Assembly (NCBI RefSeq): GCF_009914755.1
Contig: NC_060934.1
Length of the DNA: 64,000 nt
Strand: one strand, 5' to 3'
Origin: the human T2T-CHM13v2.0 reference genome, Homo sapiens
This document shows positions 28,031 to 40,864 of the stretch, piece after piece (positions within the stretch are counted from its first letter, which is position 1; every line of letters starts with the position of its first letter). The notes beneath the pieces are model-generated. The model saw nothing but the letters and a program-made list of their open reading frames with translations, was not told the DNA's origin and made no database searches. The position numbers and the translations under genes were made by a program.

Positions 28031-29544
28031 CATCCACCTTCGTCCTGCTTTCCCCGGGGCCAGACAAAGTGAGGAGCTGGAGAAAAGCAGACCCTCTCTT
28101 TTTGGATGGCCACTGCTGCCACCTCAGTTCAAGGAGAGGCTTTCAAAGTCTCTGTCAAGGCAGGTACCCCAGTGCTGGGTGTTCTGTGGACCCTCCTCTG
28201 TGACCCCCGGGGTGGGTCCCCATCACAGTGCCAGAAACTGCTCGCCTTCTATGGCCTCTTTTCAGCCCTGGAGAAGCTCACATTCTCTTTCCAGGGCAAA
28301 GGCGGGCCTGCAGGCTGCTGCAGCTGCCCTTGGCCTCACCCCACTCCGGCCAGCCTCCTGTCCTGAGTTCTAAGGTGGGACAGGTTCAGTTCCTACTCTA
28401 AGTCCCCACCCCCTTCCCCCACAACCCAGGGGACATGTGATAAACTCTTCTGGAAATTTCTGTGCCTCATGGTGGGCTTGGAGTTTCTGCAGTGCAACGG
28501 GCCTCCAACTGGGGAAGGAAGCATGAGTCTTCTCTCTCTACAGGCACCCCAATCTCTGCAAGAGGTTCTCTGGAGCCCCTGCTAGTAGCTTACAGGAGTG
28601 CACGGAGCAGCCGAGTCACAGTATTTTACGTAAAGTTTCCTCCACATTCACATCAATTCTCTTTCTTCTGCTTAAGCAGGGTGGATGTGGACTGAGGAGG
28701 TGAGGAGCAGGCAGTGTAGAAGCCTCTTAACAAATCCAGGAGGAAGGAACCTGGTAGCTATACCCCTTGGATGGTAGGGGCATTTGACACCCATTGTCCT
28801 GGGCTTTGGGGTTTCAGTGGAAGGAGTCCCACTCCTATCCAGTCCCTTAGGAGAACAAGTCCTAGATGTAAGAGATTGGAAACTCCCTGAGCACAAGGGG
28901 CATGGGCTCTGTTTTCCTCTCCCTTCACGTACAGCTACTAGGCCAGAGAGAGCCCAGGCTCTGGAGTCCTGTGGACCCAAGTTCAAGTTCCTGCTCAGTT
29001 ACTTACCCAGCTGTGCATCTCAGGGAAGTGACCCAGCCTTTTCCAGTCTCTTTCCTCTGCCGGCTTTTACGTGGGAGTGGAAGGCAAGGAAAAAAGTGCC
29101 TGCTGCAGAGTCAGGTCCAGGGACACACCAGCCCTTGCCCCCACAGCATTTTGGGGCTGGCCCCATCCTCTGAGGATGCTGGAAGCATGCGGGTGACACT
29201 CTGGTGAAGGCTGTGGGTTTCTCCTCCAGCGAAGTTTGTTATAGGATTCAGGTTAAGAATCTCTGTCTGAACTCTCAGTGGCTTATCACCGAATTACGCG
29301 AAATTGTTTGGTAAAGGAACAGCAGAAAGAGAGCCAAAAGATATTGGTAGCTGATTGGGGTCCCTGAGTCATCTGAGATGGTGACTAAGTAACCCAGCAC
29401 TTTGAAAAGCCTGGACCTAAATTCCCAGGGGAATTTTTTCCCCACATGCCCTTCCCACAACATACTGGGCTGGATCCAATCCCACCTAGTACTGTTCAAA
29501 TGCAATCCCTCTTGTGCATTGAGCAGTGTGCTGTGGCGCAGTCT

Positions 29545-30536
29545 CAGTGATTCCTAAAGTTGACTAAAACATGCCTTCTAAAGGGAAAGCTATCATTGCA
29601 GACCCCCAGTGTTGATAAGAATTATTTTGATCATATTGTTACTTAAATATATACAAACATAAAAGTAAGTATAAATCTCTTATGCTTTTAGCTCTTACAC
29701 AGCTGTAAAACCAAAACACAATTACAAATTAAATGCAAATAAAGCTACAAAACCATTAAAATTCAAATTAATGGCATTAATTTAATGTGACAGATGATGT
29801 TTTGCTGAAAGTAAAACAACCAGCGTTGGGTTTAATAATAGAAGGATACATTCCCATTTAAGTTCCGCTTGTTATCAACTAGATCATTTTGATGTTTGGA
29901 CATGCTAGACCATCATTAGGTTATTATCAATATTATTATATTTTTCATGTATTACAATGAACACACTTCTAAACACAGACCTAGAATTTTGATGAAGCGA
30001 TCAACTTAATAGAGCACTTCAAAATATAATAATTTAAAGTATATAGAAATATGTACCATTTAGTAAGACTATATACCATTTACCATTTCCAGCTGCTAGT
30101 GTTGTCTTGCAAGTTGTTGCAAACCAAGGTGGCATTCACTCAGGCACCTGCTTGCAAAACAGTGACTACAATTCTACCAGCTTCAATGCAGAGCAGCTTA
30201 TTTGTGGCATGTCTGTGTCCCCTGTTCTGTTTGATGACTCAATCCTCCCTCCACTTATCTCTGTTTGAACAATTGCTAAACCTTTGTTTGTACAGCAGTC
30301 CATGAAGTCATTTGGCCTTCATTTTGCAAAAACATGATAGTAAACCCAAATGCAAATGTGAACTCTGCATTCCTGAAGCATTAGTTGGTGATAATATGAT
30401 CATCCACACACAACCCCAATAGGGTCTCACTGATATTTTTCAATTTTTAAAATGAAAATATCAGAATAAAAAAAGACTCTCATATCACTCAAGGGCCCCT
30501 GACAGTACATCTGTGGATCCCACTTTGAAATCCCTG
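29545..30536. mobile_element. hAT-Charlie family DNA transposon (non-autonomous), both TIRs present
   Basis: Left cagtgattcctaaagt; right actttgaaatccctg (reverse complement cagggatttcaaagt); AT-rich interior. Confidence 0.6.
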
Positions 30537-31205
30537 GTGCAGTGAAAGGAGGTCTGGCCTGGGAACCCAAGACTCGAGTTTTCGTTCTAAGTCCCTCATT
30601 GACCCACTGTGTTCTGTGGACCAATTTCCCCCTTTCTAGACTTCATCTGCTCATGATCAGTAATTGTCTTGCATTTTGGTCATCATCACATTTATCTCAC
30701 CTGATCCCTCCCTGAGGTCGGTATGACTGTCCTCAATGACAGATGGGGGAAATTGAGACCCAGGTACACATCTGGTGAGTGAGGGGATGGGGTTAGGAGG
30801 CAGAGCTGGCTGACTCCAAAGGCACCACATGGCGGTGATTCACAAAACTGAGGCGCCCCCAGAGCCCTGCCAGATCTCTCAGGCTGCCCTGGAGAGCTTC
30901 AGTCTCTGATGACCCATGTCTTGGGACCCATGCCTCCTCTCAGCCACACATACACATATGGTCCCAGGCACAGCCCTGGAGAAAGTGGGAGAACAGCCTT
31001 GATTCATCCTCATCATCCTCCGATGACCCCACCAGCCCAGTGTTCAGCTCTGAGACAACATCCACCACCCCAGTGACAGGGGAAATTTCCCCAGCTAAAT
31101 ATCAGACACAGGTCCTGACAACTGAAGTTTTCTGATGGGTAAATTCATGTTTGTTTATTTATTTTGATGAAAAGACAGGTCTAAGTCTATAATTCAAATC
31201 CCATT

Positions 31206-31293
31206 TTATACACATGCATATGTATGTATGTATGCATGCACACATATATAAACATATATACATACATGTGTGTATATACATGTGTATGTGTAT
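31206..31293. repeat. Mixed (TA/CA/TG)n alternating purine-pyrimidine microsatellite
   Basis: tatacacatgcatatgtatgtatgtatgcatgcacacatatata... Confidence 0.85.
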
Positions 31294-33419
31294 AGACTTT
31301 CCTTGGTGAAAGAGAATGAAATTTGCTTGAATTGGAGCTGTGCTGGACACAAGATTTGTGGTTGCCTTTTTGAGCTGAGGTATAGCTCCACTAGGGAAGA
31401 GTCTTCAGAGAGCAGCTGCCTCCCTGGGTCCTCAATCACTAACCTCTCTAATCTTTGGTGCCAGTGAGACTGTAGCTTGGGTTCCTCCCCTTGGAAACCA
31501 GAAAGACTCCTCATCTTATCTCAGAAGGCCCTGCAGGCACCATCACTCTTGGAATCCTCCCTCTTTCAGAATTGATGTGTGTGTGTCTGCAGCCTTGACA
31601 TGTAGAGTGATGTCCAGGGCTTTCTGGAATTCTGGTTCCAGTGGGAAATTCAACTTTGGTTCTAGGAAATGATGCCATTGGATTCATTCTATTCACAGGC
31701 AAGGAAGCAATCTTTAGGGAGGACCTGCTTTAACAACCCATCTTTCCTCCTTATGGATCTTAAGTTTTTAAAAGATTATTTCTTCTAGAGGGAGTTAAGT
31801 GATAATGAACTCATTCTTTCATTTTTATGAAACAAAGACATTTATACTTGACCATCAGAGATTCTAATTGGCATGTGGCTCATGCTTATGAGACCTGCAG
31901 AGTTGATAGAATCGCAGCTAAAACAAAGACATTTGACATTTTAGTTATTCATGCAGCCTTGCTCAGGGCACATGTACAATGATCATTAAGCTGTTTGAAA
32001 TAGTGATATTCCAGCACTTGTGAAAAGAATATACTAGTGTCCACCAATCCAACATTGTGTCCCAGGAGAACTCAGGAACAGGTGGGTGAATGCAATTCCA
32101 GCTACACTTGTTCGACTGCAGGAAAACCCTACAGGTTGCTGGGCTGCAGTGGGGGAGGTAGGTCTTTGCTCTTGAGGGGTTCCTGATCTGTGAGCCAAGC
32201 CATTTTTTAAACTGACTGCTCTTTGTAGCGGGTGGATAAGAGGCAAGGACTAAACAGGGCTACCTTAAGATAACACTCTAAGGATGTCATCATGATTCTT
32301 AGGGACTGTGCATCACACCTTATTCAGTACTCAAAGCCCAGGTATTTGCCCTGCCCAGGACTGCTCATGGATCATACCAGTTGTTCCTGGGGCAGAGTGA
32401 TGAGGATCTTATATCACTGGGCATAGGGTCTTCTGGGCTGGGCCTTGAAGGACAGAAGCCTGCTTTACTCTCCGCTTTTTGACCTAGCCTCCACTTCCTC
32501 ACTCTTTGTCTGTTCTGCAAGTTTGTACTCACTTCTCATCTGGAGCTTGCCATGGCTCCTGGGATCCCAGCTTCCTGCTCTGCTGAGGACCATGGTCGGT
32601 GTTCCCCCAGCAGCTTCCTTTTAAGCAGTCCCTGGCCCAAGCTACATGCTCAGTGAATATCCCTGCATTGACTCACTGAGGCCACTCCGGCCCAGCTGCC
32701 TATTGCTCCTACGCTATGGCCCTTTAGTCTCAATGGAAATTGAAATCTGGAGTGTTGGGCTGGCCAGTTATCCTCTGTCCAGTGAGGGCCCTGTCTAACT
32801 TTCTTGTCTTTATTTCTTTTCTCAGCACAGGTTTGGGCTATCACCTGAGAACATTCAGGAGACAGTACAGGTTCCCAGATGCAACGACTCACTCAGATTT
32901 GTCTTAACAGACCCTTCTACTGGCAATCTCAGGTGGAGCAAAAAGGAGCGATCATTAGAAACAAATTCATTGTGGTCTCTTGATTCTGGCCAGCTACTCT
33001 GCAAAGTCTGGCCTCCTGCACCTCTTGGGATGAGGTGGGGCCTCTTGTCAAGACAAAAGGGAGCAAGGGCCCCTGTAGGGGGAAGAAGGGCTGCCCAGGC
33101 CTGGTGTCAGTTGTTCCTGGGGCAGAGTGACAGGGGCCTCTTATCACTGGCCACCCAGTGTCTATGGACCTTGGACACCATGGCCCCAAGGTTTAAAAAA
33201 TAATGGAAAAAGCCAAGATGGCAGGATTTAAGCATCTCAACATGGTCATTGCCACTGGAGCCTCTGGGCTGCATGGGCCTCTGGCAGGAGGAGGGGGTCA
33301 GGGCCAGGAATCAATTATAGGCAAAGGCTGGCTCCCTTGGGGCTGGTGCCAGGGAGAAAGCCAGCTGCCTCATCGCAGTGTCCAGGAGAATTTATGAGTT
33401 GGATCTTGGGGGTGAGTGG

Positions 33420-33660
33420 TGAAGGTTGAGCTCTCCAGGAAGCAGACTCTCAGAAGGAGTTTATGAAGCAGGACGCTTAAGAGGAATGCCTTGAGACAAA
33501 CACCTGTGGGAAACGGGGAGGGAGGCAGGATGGGGCAGGGGAGAGGTGGAGCTGTGGTGTGGCTTGGCTGACACCACAGAGTTGTTGGAACTCAGCTAGC
33601 TCCTCAGCGTCATCTCATGTGGGGCTCTGGCAGCCAGGCCTCTGCATCTTACCTCCTCAG
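33420..33660. mobile_element. Old ERVL LTR fragment (LTR40/41/52-like)
   Basis: ccaggaagcagactctcagaaggagttt...acacctgtggg...gcaggatggggcagggagag. Confidence 0.5.
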
Positions 33661-33669
33661 TCAGAGGCT

Positions 33670-34240
33670 ACTGGAACCTGACCATCCTTTAAGGACTTTA
33701 GAATCACCCTGACTCCTCTGGTTCTCTCAAAGCCCACACACAATTCTTCACCAATCCCTGTGGCCTGCATCTTACAAACAGATCCAGCCTCCAAGCGTAG
33801 GTGTCTTCCTTCCTCCACGGCATTGTCCACGCTTCCACCACCTCTCCCAGAGCCACTGCAACAGCCTCCTGCCTCACCTCCCTGCTTCCACTCTTGGCTC
33901 TCTGGTTGTTTCTTTACCCTGAACCACAGCATCATTTTAGAATAGACATCAGAACTTGCCATTCCTCCACCCTTACTCCCATGACTTCCCTGACTCACAC
34001 AGACCAAGAGTCAACGCCTCGCCACTCTCTCCCAGCTCAGCCCCCTCCCTCCTGTTCTTGGGACATGCCAGGCTTGCTCCCGGCTCAAGATGGGTGTACT
34101 TGCCCTTTTACCTGCCCATTGGGCTTTCCCCAAGACAGCTGCAGAGTGCATTTCCTCCCTGCCTTCAGATCCCTGTTCAAATACCATTTCCTCCCAGGGT
34201 CCTTCCCTGGCCATGCTATATGAAGTTGCAAACCCGGCCC
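33670..34240 (+). mobile_element. L2 LINE fragment
   Basis: gactcctctggttctctcaaagcccacac..., ttcagatccctgttcaaatacc. Confidence 0.65.
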
Positions 34241-34399
34241 ACCCCATGATATTCCCTTTGAAGTTTGATGTGTCTTTGGGGCACCAAATGTATACAAGAA
34301 TCTGGAGTTCAAAAGAGAGCTCCAGACTGGTGAAAAAGATTTCTGTGTCCTGGTAATACAGATGACATTCACACAGTGAGGATGGAGGGGATCCCCTAG

Positions 34400-34722
34400 G
34401 GCTGTCTTGTCCAATCTAGAAGCCACCAGCCACACTTGGCTGCTGAGCACTGGAAATATGGCTGGTCTGCAGGGGTCATGTTGCATGAAAGGGTAACATG
34501 CACAGCAGATTTTGAAGATTTAGAAAAAAAAAGTAAAATATCCCATTGATAATTTTTATATTGCTTACATGTTGCAATGATAATATTTTGATTATATTGG
34601 GTTAGATTAAATCTATTATTAAAATTAATTTTACCTGTTCATTGGTACTTTTTAAATGTAGCTATTGGACAATTCAAAGTTACATCAGTGGCTCGTGTTG
34701 TATCTCCACTGAATAGCACTGG
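34400..34722. mobile_element. MER33 hAT-Charlie DNA transposon
   Basis: gtccaatctagaagccaccagccacac...tgataatattttgattatattgggtta...aaaattaattttacctgt. Confidence 0.8.
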
Positions 34723-34729
34723 CCCAGGG

Positions 34730-35200
34730 AGTGGAGAGTTCATAGCATTGAGCCCTTGTGGCATCCAACATGTAGAGGTCGGGAAGTCAGGGATATCTAG
34801 TAGAAGAGACTGAGAATGAGAAGCCAGGGAGAAGGAGGAGAAAGAGAAGGTGAAGGAGAAGCATCATGAGGGAGCAGTGTCATCGACCAAGTGAAGACCA
34901 TGTATGAAGAGGAGACTGATTCTCTGTGTCAAGTACCTGCTACGGGTTTGGTACAGAATGGACTCAAAACTGAGTATGGCACTGTGCACCATGAAGGCCA
35001 CTGTGATCTTGATGAGAAGTACTTTGGAGCAGTGTTGAGGGTGAGAAAGCCTGATGTGAGGGGGCTCAAGGGAGAAGCAGGGGAGAACAATTGTAAACAG
35101 GGCATGTAGACATCCCTTTGTAGGAAGTTTGCTACAAATGGGCAGCAGGAAAATCGGGATGATAGCTGGAGAGGGAGGTGAGGTAAAGAGTTTTATTTTC
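34730..35200 (-). mobile_element. L2 LINE fragment
   Basis: ttgagcccttgtggcatccaaca...gtcaagtacctgct...ggccactgtgatcttgatgaga. Confidence 0.6.
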
Positions 35201-35219
35201 AGCATAATATTGATAGGAA

Positions 35220-35460
35220 GCATTTTGTACACTTTCTATGGATAGACATTGTTCTAAGTACCTTGTATATATTAACTCGTTTAATCCACCAAGCACTCTA
35301 TGAGTTAGTTACTATTTTGCTTACCAATTTACAGATGAAGAAATTAAGGCACAGAGAGGTTAAGTAACTTGCCTAAGGTCACACTGCAGTTAAGGAGCAG
35401 AGCTAGGATTTGAACCCCAGTCACATGGCTCTGAGGTTCTGCTTTAGCCACCATGCTATC
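35220..35460 (-). mobile_element. MIR SINE
   Basis: tttacagatgaagaaattaaggcacagagaggttaagtaacttgcctaaggtcacac...ggatttgaacccc. Confidence 0.88.
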
Positions 35461-37403
35461 TGCATCTTTATACCTGACAAAAATTCCAGGAGAGAAGAAA
35501 ATTGATGATGCAGGCTAACTGCAAGAGGATTCCTGGAGATTTTTGTCTTTGGGGAAGTCAAGATAAGATGGGGTGGAGTGGGCAAGCAGAGGACTTGTCC
35601 CCAGCCAGAAGGAGGGGCAGTGTATGGTGCACAGTGCTGCGGGCTGATATGCAAGTTCTCAAGATCAGCAAGGTCCTCCACTAAATGAAGTGGGGCAAGG
35701 AGGTGCTGGTGGTCTGCAAGGGAGATGATCTGTGAGCCAAGAAGGCACTGGGGCATTGCCAGGAGCATAGGACCCCTTGAAGCTCAAGGGCATGAGACAG
35801 GGCATAGACCACTTTACTCCAGCCTCTCCTTAATGTTTAAAATGGGAGGTCTCCAGGCCTATCCTGTGCCCCAGGGCTAGTCCCAGACTCCCCCATGGGC
35901 CAGCCCTGGGAGACACTCCGGGGTCACCTGGGCTCAGAGGATGCCAGACAGGCGGGATGGTGCAGAGGCAGGGCTGTGCAGGGCGATGGGAGTTCATCAG
36001 GTAGGGACCAGCCTGCAACCAGCTAAGGATGGACGGAAGAGCCTGGCAGCTCAGTCTCCTGACAGATTGAGGGCTGAGGGGGCTGGGCCTGCTGAAGAGG
36101 GAGAGGGCGGGAGTGGACATCAAGAAGAAGGGCCTCCAGGGCTTTGAAGGGGCCCATGGTGGGCCTTTGAATCCCTCCATCCGGGGTCAGTGCACCCGAG
36201 CGACTGGGCCCCCGTGCTCGCCAATAAAGTGTGTGGGACGGCCTTCAATTATGGAAGCGTAGCCAACCAAATCAGCTTTCAGATAAATTATTTATGCTGA
36301 GGCCTGCAAGGGAGGGAGTCCGGCTGCATGAACAACGTGTTCATTTTCATAAAACCCTGCAAAGTTGCAGTGGGCTGGGGAGAGGGTGGGGGGAAGAAGA
36401 AAGATGATTAGATTAGAAGAGGCCTGCTGTAAATAACACACAAGCAGGGCGTTTTGTTTCTTTTTGGGCTGTCTTTTGTATCATGTTTTATACAACAGAA
36501 AAGAGCAGAATACAACATCTAGGAAATGTTAATGAGGGTTATTTGCTATTTACCTAGGCTGGGGGTTTGAAGAAAGGGCTGGGCTGGAGGTGAGGGGGTT
36601 GTGTAGAAGATTGGATTCCATGCAAATGCAGACATCAGGGAGTCTGGAAGGCTTTGGAACAGAGCTGGACTGGAGGCTTGTCAGGTCCCTGTGGAGAGGG
36701 AAAGAAAGCAACAAATCCCATGGGCTGGAGGGTGTTTTCCCTCCTGCTCGGGGGGCCAGCCAATGGGCCTGGATGGGAGGGAGGGGTCCCAGTGGGAAGG
36801 CAGGTCAGCCCCAGAGAGCAGGCAGGTTGGGTGACTGCGAGAGTCCCTCCACCCTGAAATCTGGGGGATGATGACAAGCCAGGGGTGTCATTTCTGCCTT
36901 CCACAGTTTATCCACACCCCCTACCCATGGGAAAAACAGGTAGGGATGAGAAGAATGGAGCCTGCTTCCCTGGGGAGTTAGGTGCTGTCTGGATGACCAC
37001 TACAGCCGCTTCTTCCCAAATTGATAGTGCTCAAGCTTTGGTGGTGCAGGTGACAGACAGGCCTTCTCTCTTATTCTAGGTGATGAGATGAGAGGACAGC
37101 TGTTCTCCCCTCACTCAAGGTAGCACTCTGAGGTGTCCAGGAGGCGATCCACAAATCATCCCACTGAGTGTGCTTACAGCCGGTTTCTCCCACCTCAGCC
37201 CTGCTGCGAGGAAGGACTAAGAAAAACAGCCTGCATGGGCCGGGCTTGGATTTCAAGTTCTCAGGTCATTTCTTCACCCATGATGCGCCTTTACTTCTCT
37301 CTTTTCCTCCTGAGTCACCACTTTGTGGCCACGGAGACAATCAGGCAAGGCTTCTTGGAGGAGGTGGTGATCGTGTTGGGCTTTGAAGGATAGGAAGGAT
37401 TTC

Positions 37404-37860
<457 letters not shown>

Positions 37861-37959
37861 ATGTTTTTCCTACTGTAAAGAGTCTCTTCATTTCCTTACC
37901 ACTCCAGAGAATGGCAGGGTTTAGAGGCTGTAGTGAGACATGGACCCTTTCTGTGTGGT

Positions 37960-38130
37960 GGGCTGATTTATATATTCGTATATTCCCATGGCCCAAGGGT
38001 GCTGCACTGTGTAACCCAAGGGGGCCACTACATGAAGGCCAATCCCCTGGAGTTGGGTAGTGCACTACATGAAGGCCAATCCCCTGGAGTTGGGTAGTGC
38101 ACAACTTGAACATCTGTACCTGGAAGCCTT
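37960..38130. mobile_element. MER91-like hAT-Tip100 MITE containing a 37-bp exact tandem duplication
   Basis: ctgcactgtgtaacccaaggggg...cccctggagttgggtagtgcacaacttgaacatctgtac; duplication 38026-38062 / 38063-38099. Confidence 0.6.
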
Positions 38131-38269
38131 ACCGGTATAGGTTACATGTACACAATACATGTCCAATATGTATTATTTTGAATGAATGAATAATGTGCAT
38201 GAAGAACAATTTGTTGAAGAACAACAACAAAAAACCTGTATGGGACTATGTTTTATAACTGTTGTTAGG

Positions 38270-38835
38270 CAGTTGATTCTGTCAGTTGCCAGTGACAGAA
38301 TCCTAATTCAAATTGGTTTCGGACACAAGAGAATTTATTATTTTGAGTAACTAAAATGTCTAGGTCCCGGAGGTACAGCCAACTTCAGGCATGGCTGGGA
38401 GCAAGGGCCCATAGGATGTTGACAGAAATCTGTTTCAGTCTCTAGACTCTGCTTGCCTTTGTGATGGTTTCATTTTCCCGAAAGATCTCCCCACGAGGTT
38501 GCAAAGATGGCCTCTAGCAGCTCCAAGCTTGCAGGAACTCTGGCAATAAATGAGCTTTTTTTCCAGTAATCCCAGCAGAAGTTCTGGCTCAAGGCTCATT
38601 GGACCACTGTGATTGATATGCCCACCTGTGAACCAGTCACAGAGGTGGAGATTAGATGATGTTAGAGGTACAATAAATTGATTGGCAGACCTGGGGCTTG
38701 GTGGAGGAGGGGGGGCATGGAGTGCCCTAAACCACATGGACGGAAGGCGGAAGAGGTGTGTTCCCTAAAGAAAACTGAGATTCTATTACCAGAAGCAGGG
38801 AGAATGGATGTTGGACAGGAAAAACAACAGATGTC
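38270..38835 (-). mobile_element. MLT1J/K-like MaLR LTR
   Basis: cagttgccagtgacagaatcctaattcaaattgg...cttcaggcatggctgg...gctcattggacc...tgaaccagtcac. Confidence 0.65.
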
Positions 38836-38987
38836 CCCTTCTGTGGCAGAATGCTTTTGTCAAATAAAATCTTTCTTGGAAGCCAGACATGCAAACCAAA
38901 TACAAACAGGGCTGTCCTGGGGATGCCAGTGTGGGGAAGAGACATTCGGAGGGATCATTGCTTCCCGAACATAGCCTGTGCATTTTT

Positions 38988-38998
38988 TTTTTCACTTT

Positions 38999-39037
<39 letters not shown>

Positions 39038-40864
39038 TGTATTTATTTTATTGATCATTCTTGGGTGTTTCTCGCAGAGGGGGATTTGGCAGGGTCATAG
39101 GACAATAGTGGAGGGAAGGTCAGCAGATAAACAAGTGAACAAAGGTCTCTGGTTTTCCTAGGCAGAGGACCCTGCGGCCTTCCGCAGTGTTTGTGTCCCT
39201 GGGTACTTGAGATTAGGGAGTGGTGATGACTCTTAAGGAGCACGCTGCCTTCAAGCATCTGTTTAACAAAGCACATCTTGCACCGCCCTTAATCCATTTA
39301 ACCCTGAGTGGACACAGCACATGTTTCAGAGAGCGCAGGGTTGGGGGTAAGGTCACAGATCAACAGGATAAGAATTTTTCTTAGTACAGAACAAAATGAA
39401 AAGTCTCCCACGTCTACCTCTTTCTACACAGACACGGCAACCATCCGATTTCTCAATCTTTTCCCCACCTTTCCCCCCTTTCTATTCCACAAAACCGCCA
39501 TAGTAATCATGGCCCGTTCTCAATGAGCTGTTGGGTACACCTCCCAGATGGGGTGGTGGCCGGGCAGAGGGGCTCCTCACTTCCCAGTAGGGGCGGCCGG
39601 GCAGAGGCGCCCCTCACCTCCCGGGCGGGGCGGCTGGCCGGGCGGGGGCCTGACCCCCCCCACCTCCCTCCCGGACGGGGCGGCTGGCCAGGCGGGGCGG
39701 CTGACCCCCCCACCTCCCTCCCGGACGGGGCGGCTGGCCGGGCAGAGGGGCTCCTCCCTTCCCAGTAGGGGCGGCCGGGCAGAGGCGCCCCTCACCTCCC
39801 GGACGGGGCGGCTGGCCGGGCGGGGGGCTGACCCCCCCACCTCCCTCCCGGACGGGGCGGCTGGCCTGGCGGGGGCTGACCCCTACCTCCCTCCCGGACG
39901 GGGTGGCAGCTGGGTGGAGACGCTCCTCACTTCCCAGATGGGGTGGCTGCCGGGCGGAGGGGCTCCTCACTTCTCAGACGGGGCGGCTGCCGGGCAGAGG
40001 GGCTCCTCACTTCTCAGACCGGGCGGTTGCCAGGTGGAGGGTCTCCTCACTTCTCAGACAGGGCGGCCGGGCAGAGACACTCCTCACCTCCCAGACGGGG
40101 TCGCGGCCGGGTAGAGGCACTCCTCACATCCCAGATGGGGCGGTGGGGCAGAGGCGCTCCCCACATCTCAGACGATGGGCGGCCGGGCAGAGACGCTCCT
40201 CACTTCCTAGATGGGATGGCGGCCGGGAAGAGGCGCTCCTCACTTCCTAGTTGGGATGGCGGCCGGGCAGAGATGCTCCTCACTTTCCAGACTGGGCAGC
40301 CAGGCAGAGGGGCTCCTCACTTCCCAGACGATGGGCGGCCAGGCAGAGACGCTCCTCACTTCCCAGACGGGGTGGCGGCCGGGCAGAGGCTGCAATCTCG
40401 GCACTTTGGGAGGCCAAGGCAGGCGGCTGGGAGGTGGAGGTTGTAGCCAGCCGAGATCACGCCACTGCACTCCAGCCTGGGCACCATTGAGCACTGAGTG
40501 AACCAGACTCCATCTGCAATCCCGGCACCTCAGGAGGCCAAGGCTGGCAGATCACTCGCGGTTAGGAGCTGGAGACCAGCCCGGCCAACACGGTGAAACC
40601 CCGTCTCCACCAAAAAAATACGAAAACCAGTCAGGCGTGGCGGCACGCACCTGCAATCGCAGGCACTCGGTAGGCTGAGGCAGGAGAATCAGGCAGGGAG
40701 GTTGCAGTGAGCCGAGATGGCAGCAGTACAGTCCAGCTTCGGCTCGGCATCAGAGGGAGACTGTGGAAAGAGAGGGAGAGGGAGACCGTGGGGAGAGGGA
40801 GAGGGAGAGGGAGAGGGCAGGGAGAGGGAGAGGGAGAGGGCAGGGAGAGGGAGAGGGAGAGGGA
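38988..40864 (-). mobile_element. Full-length SVA retrotransposon (SVA_D-like)
   Basis: (CCCTCT)n hexamer ~40771-40864, Alu-like region ~40390-40770, GC-rich VNTR ~39540-40390, SINE-R ~39050-39540, A-rich tail; exact 15-bp TSD agcctgtgcattttt (38973-38987 / 40865-40879); TT/AAAA target. Confidence 0.98.

Noticed and set aside
39507-40501. Cluster of long Gly/Arg/Pro-rich ORFs
   Set aside because: Translations of the SVA VNTR, which lacks stops because of its composition
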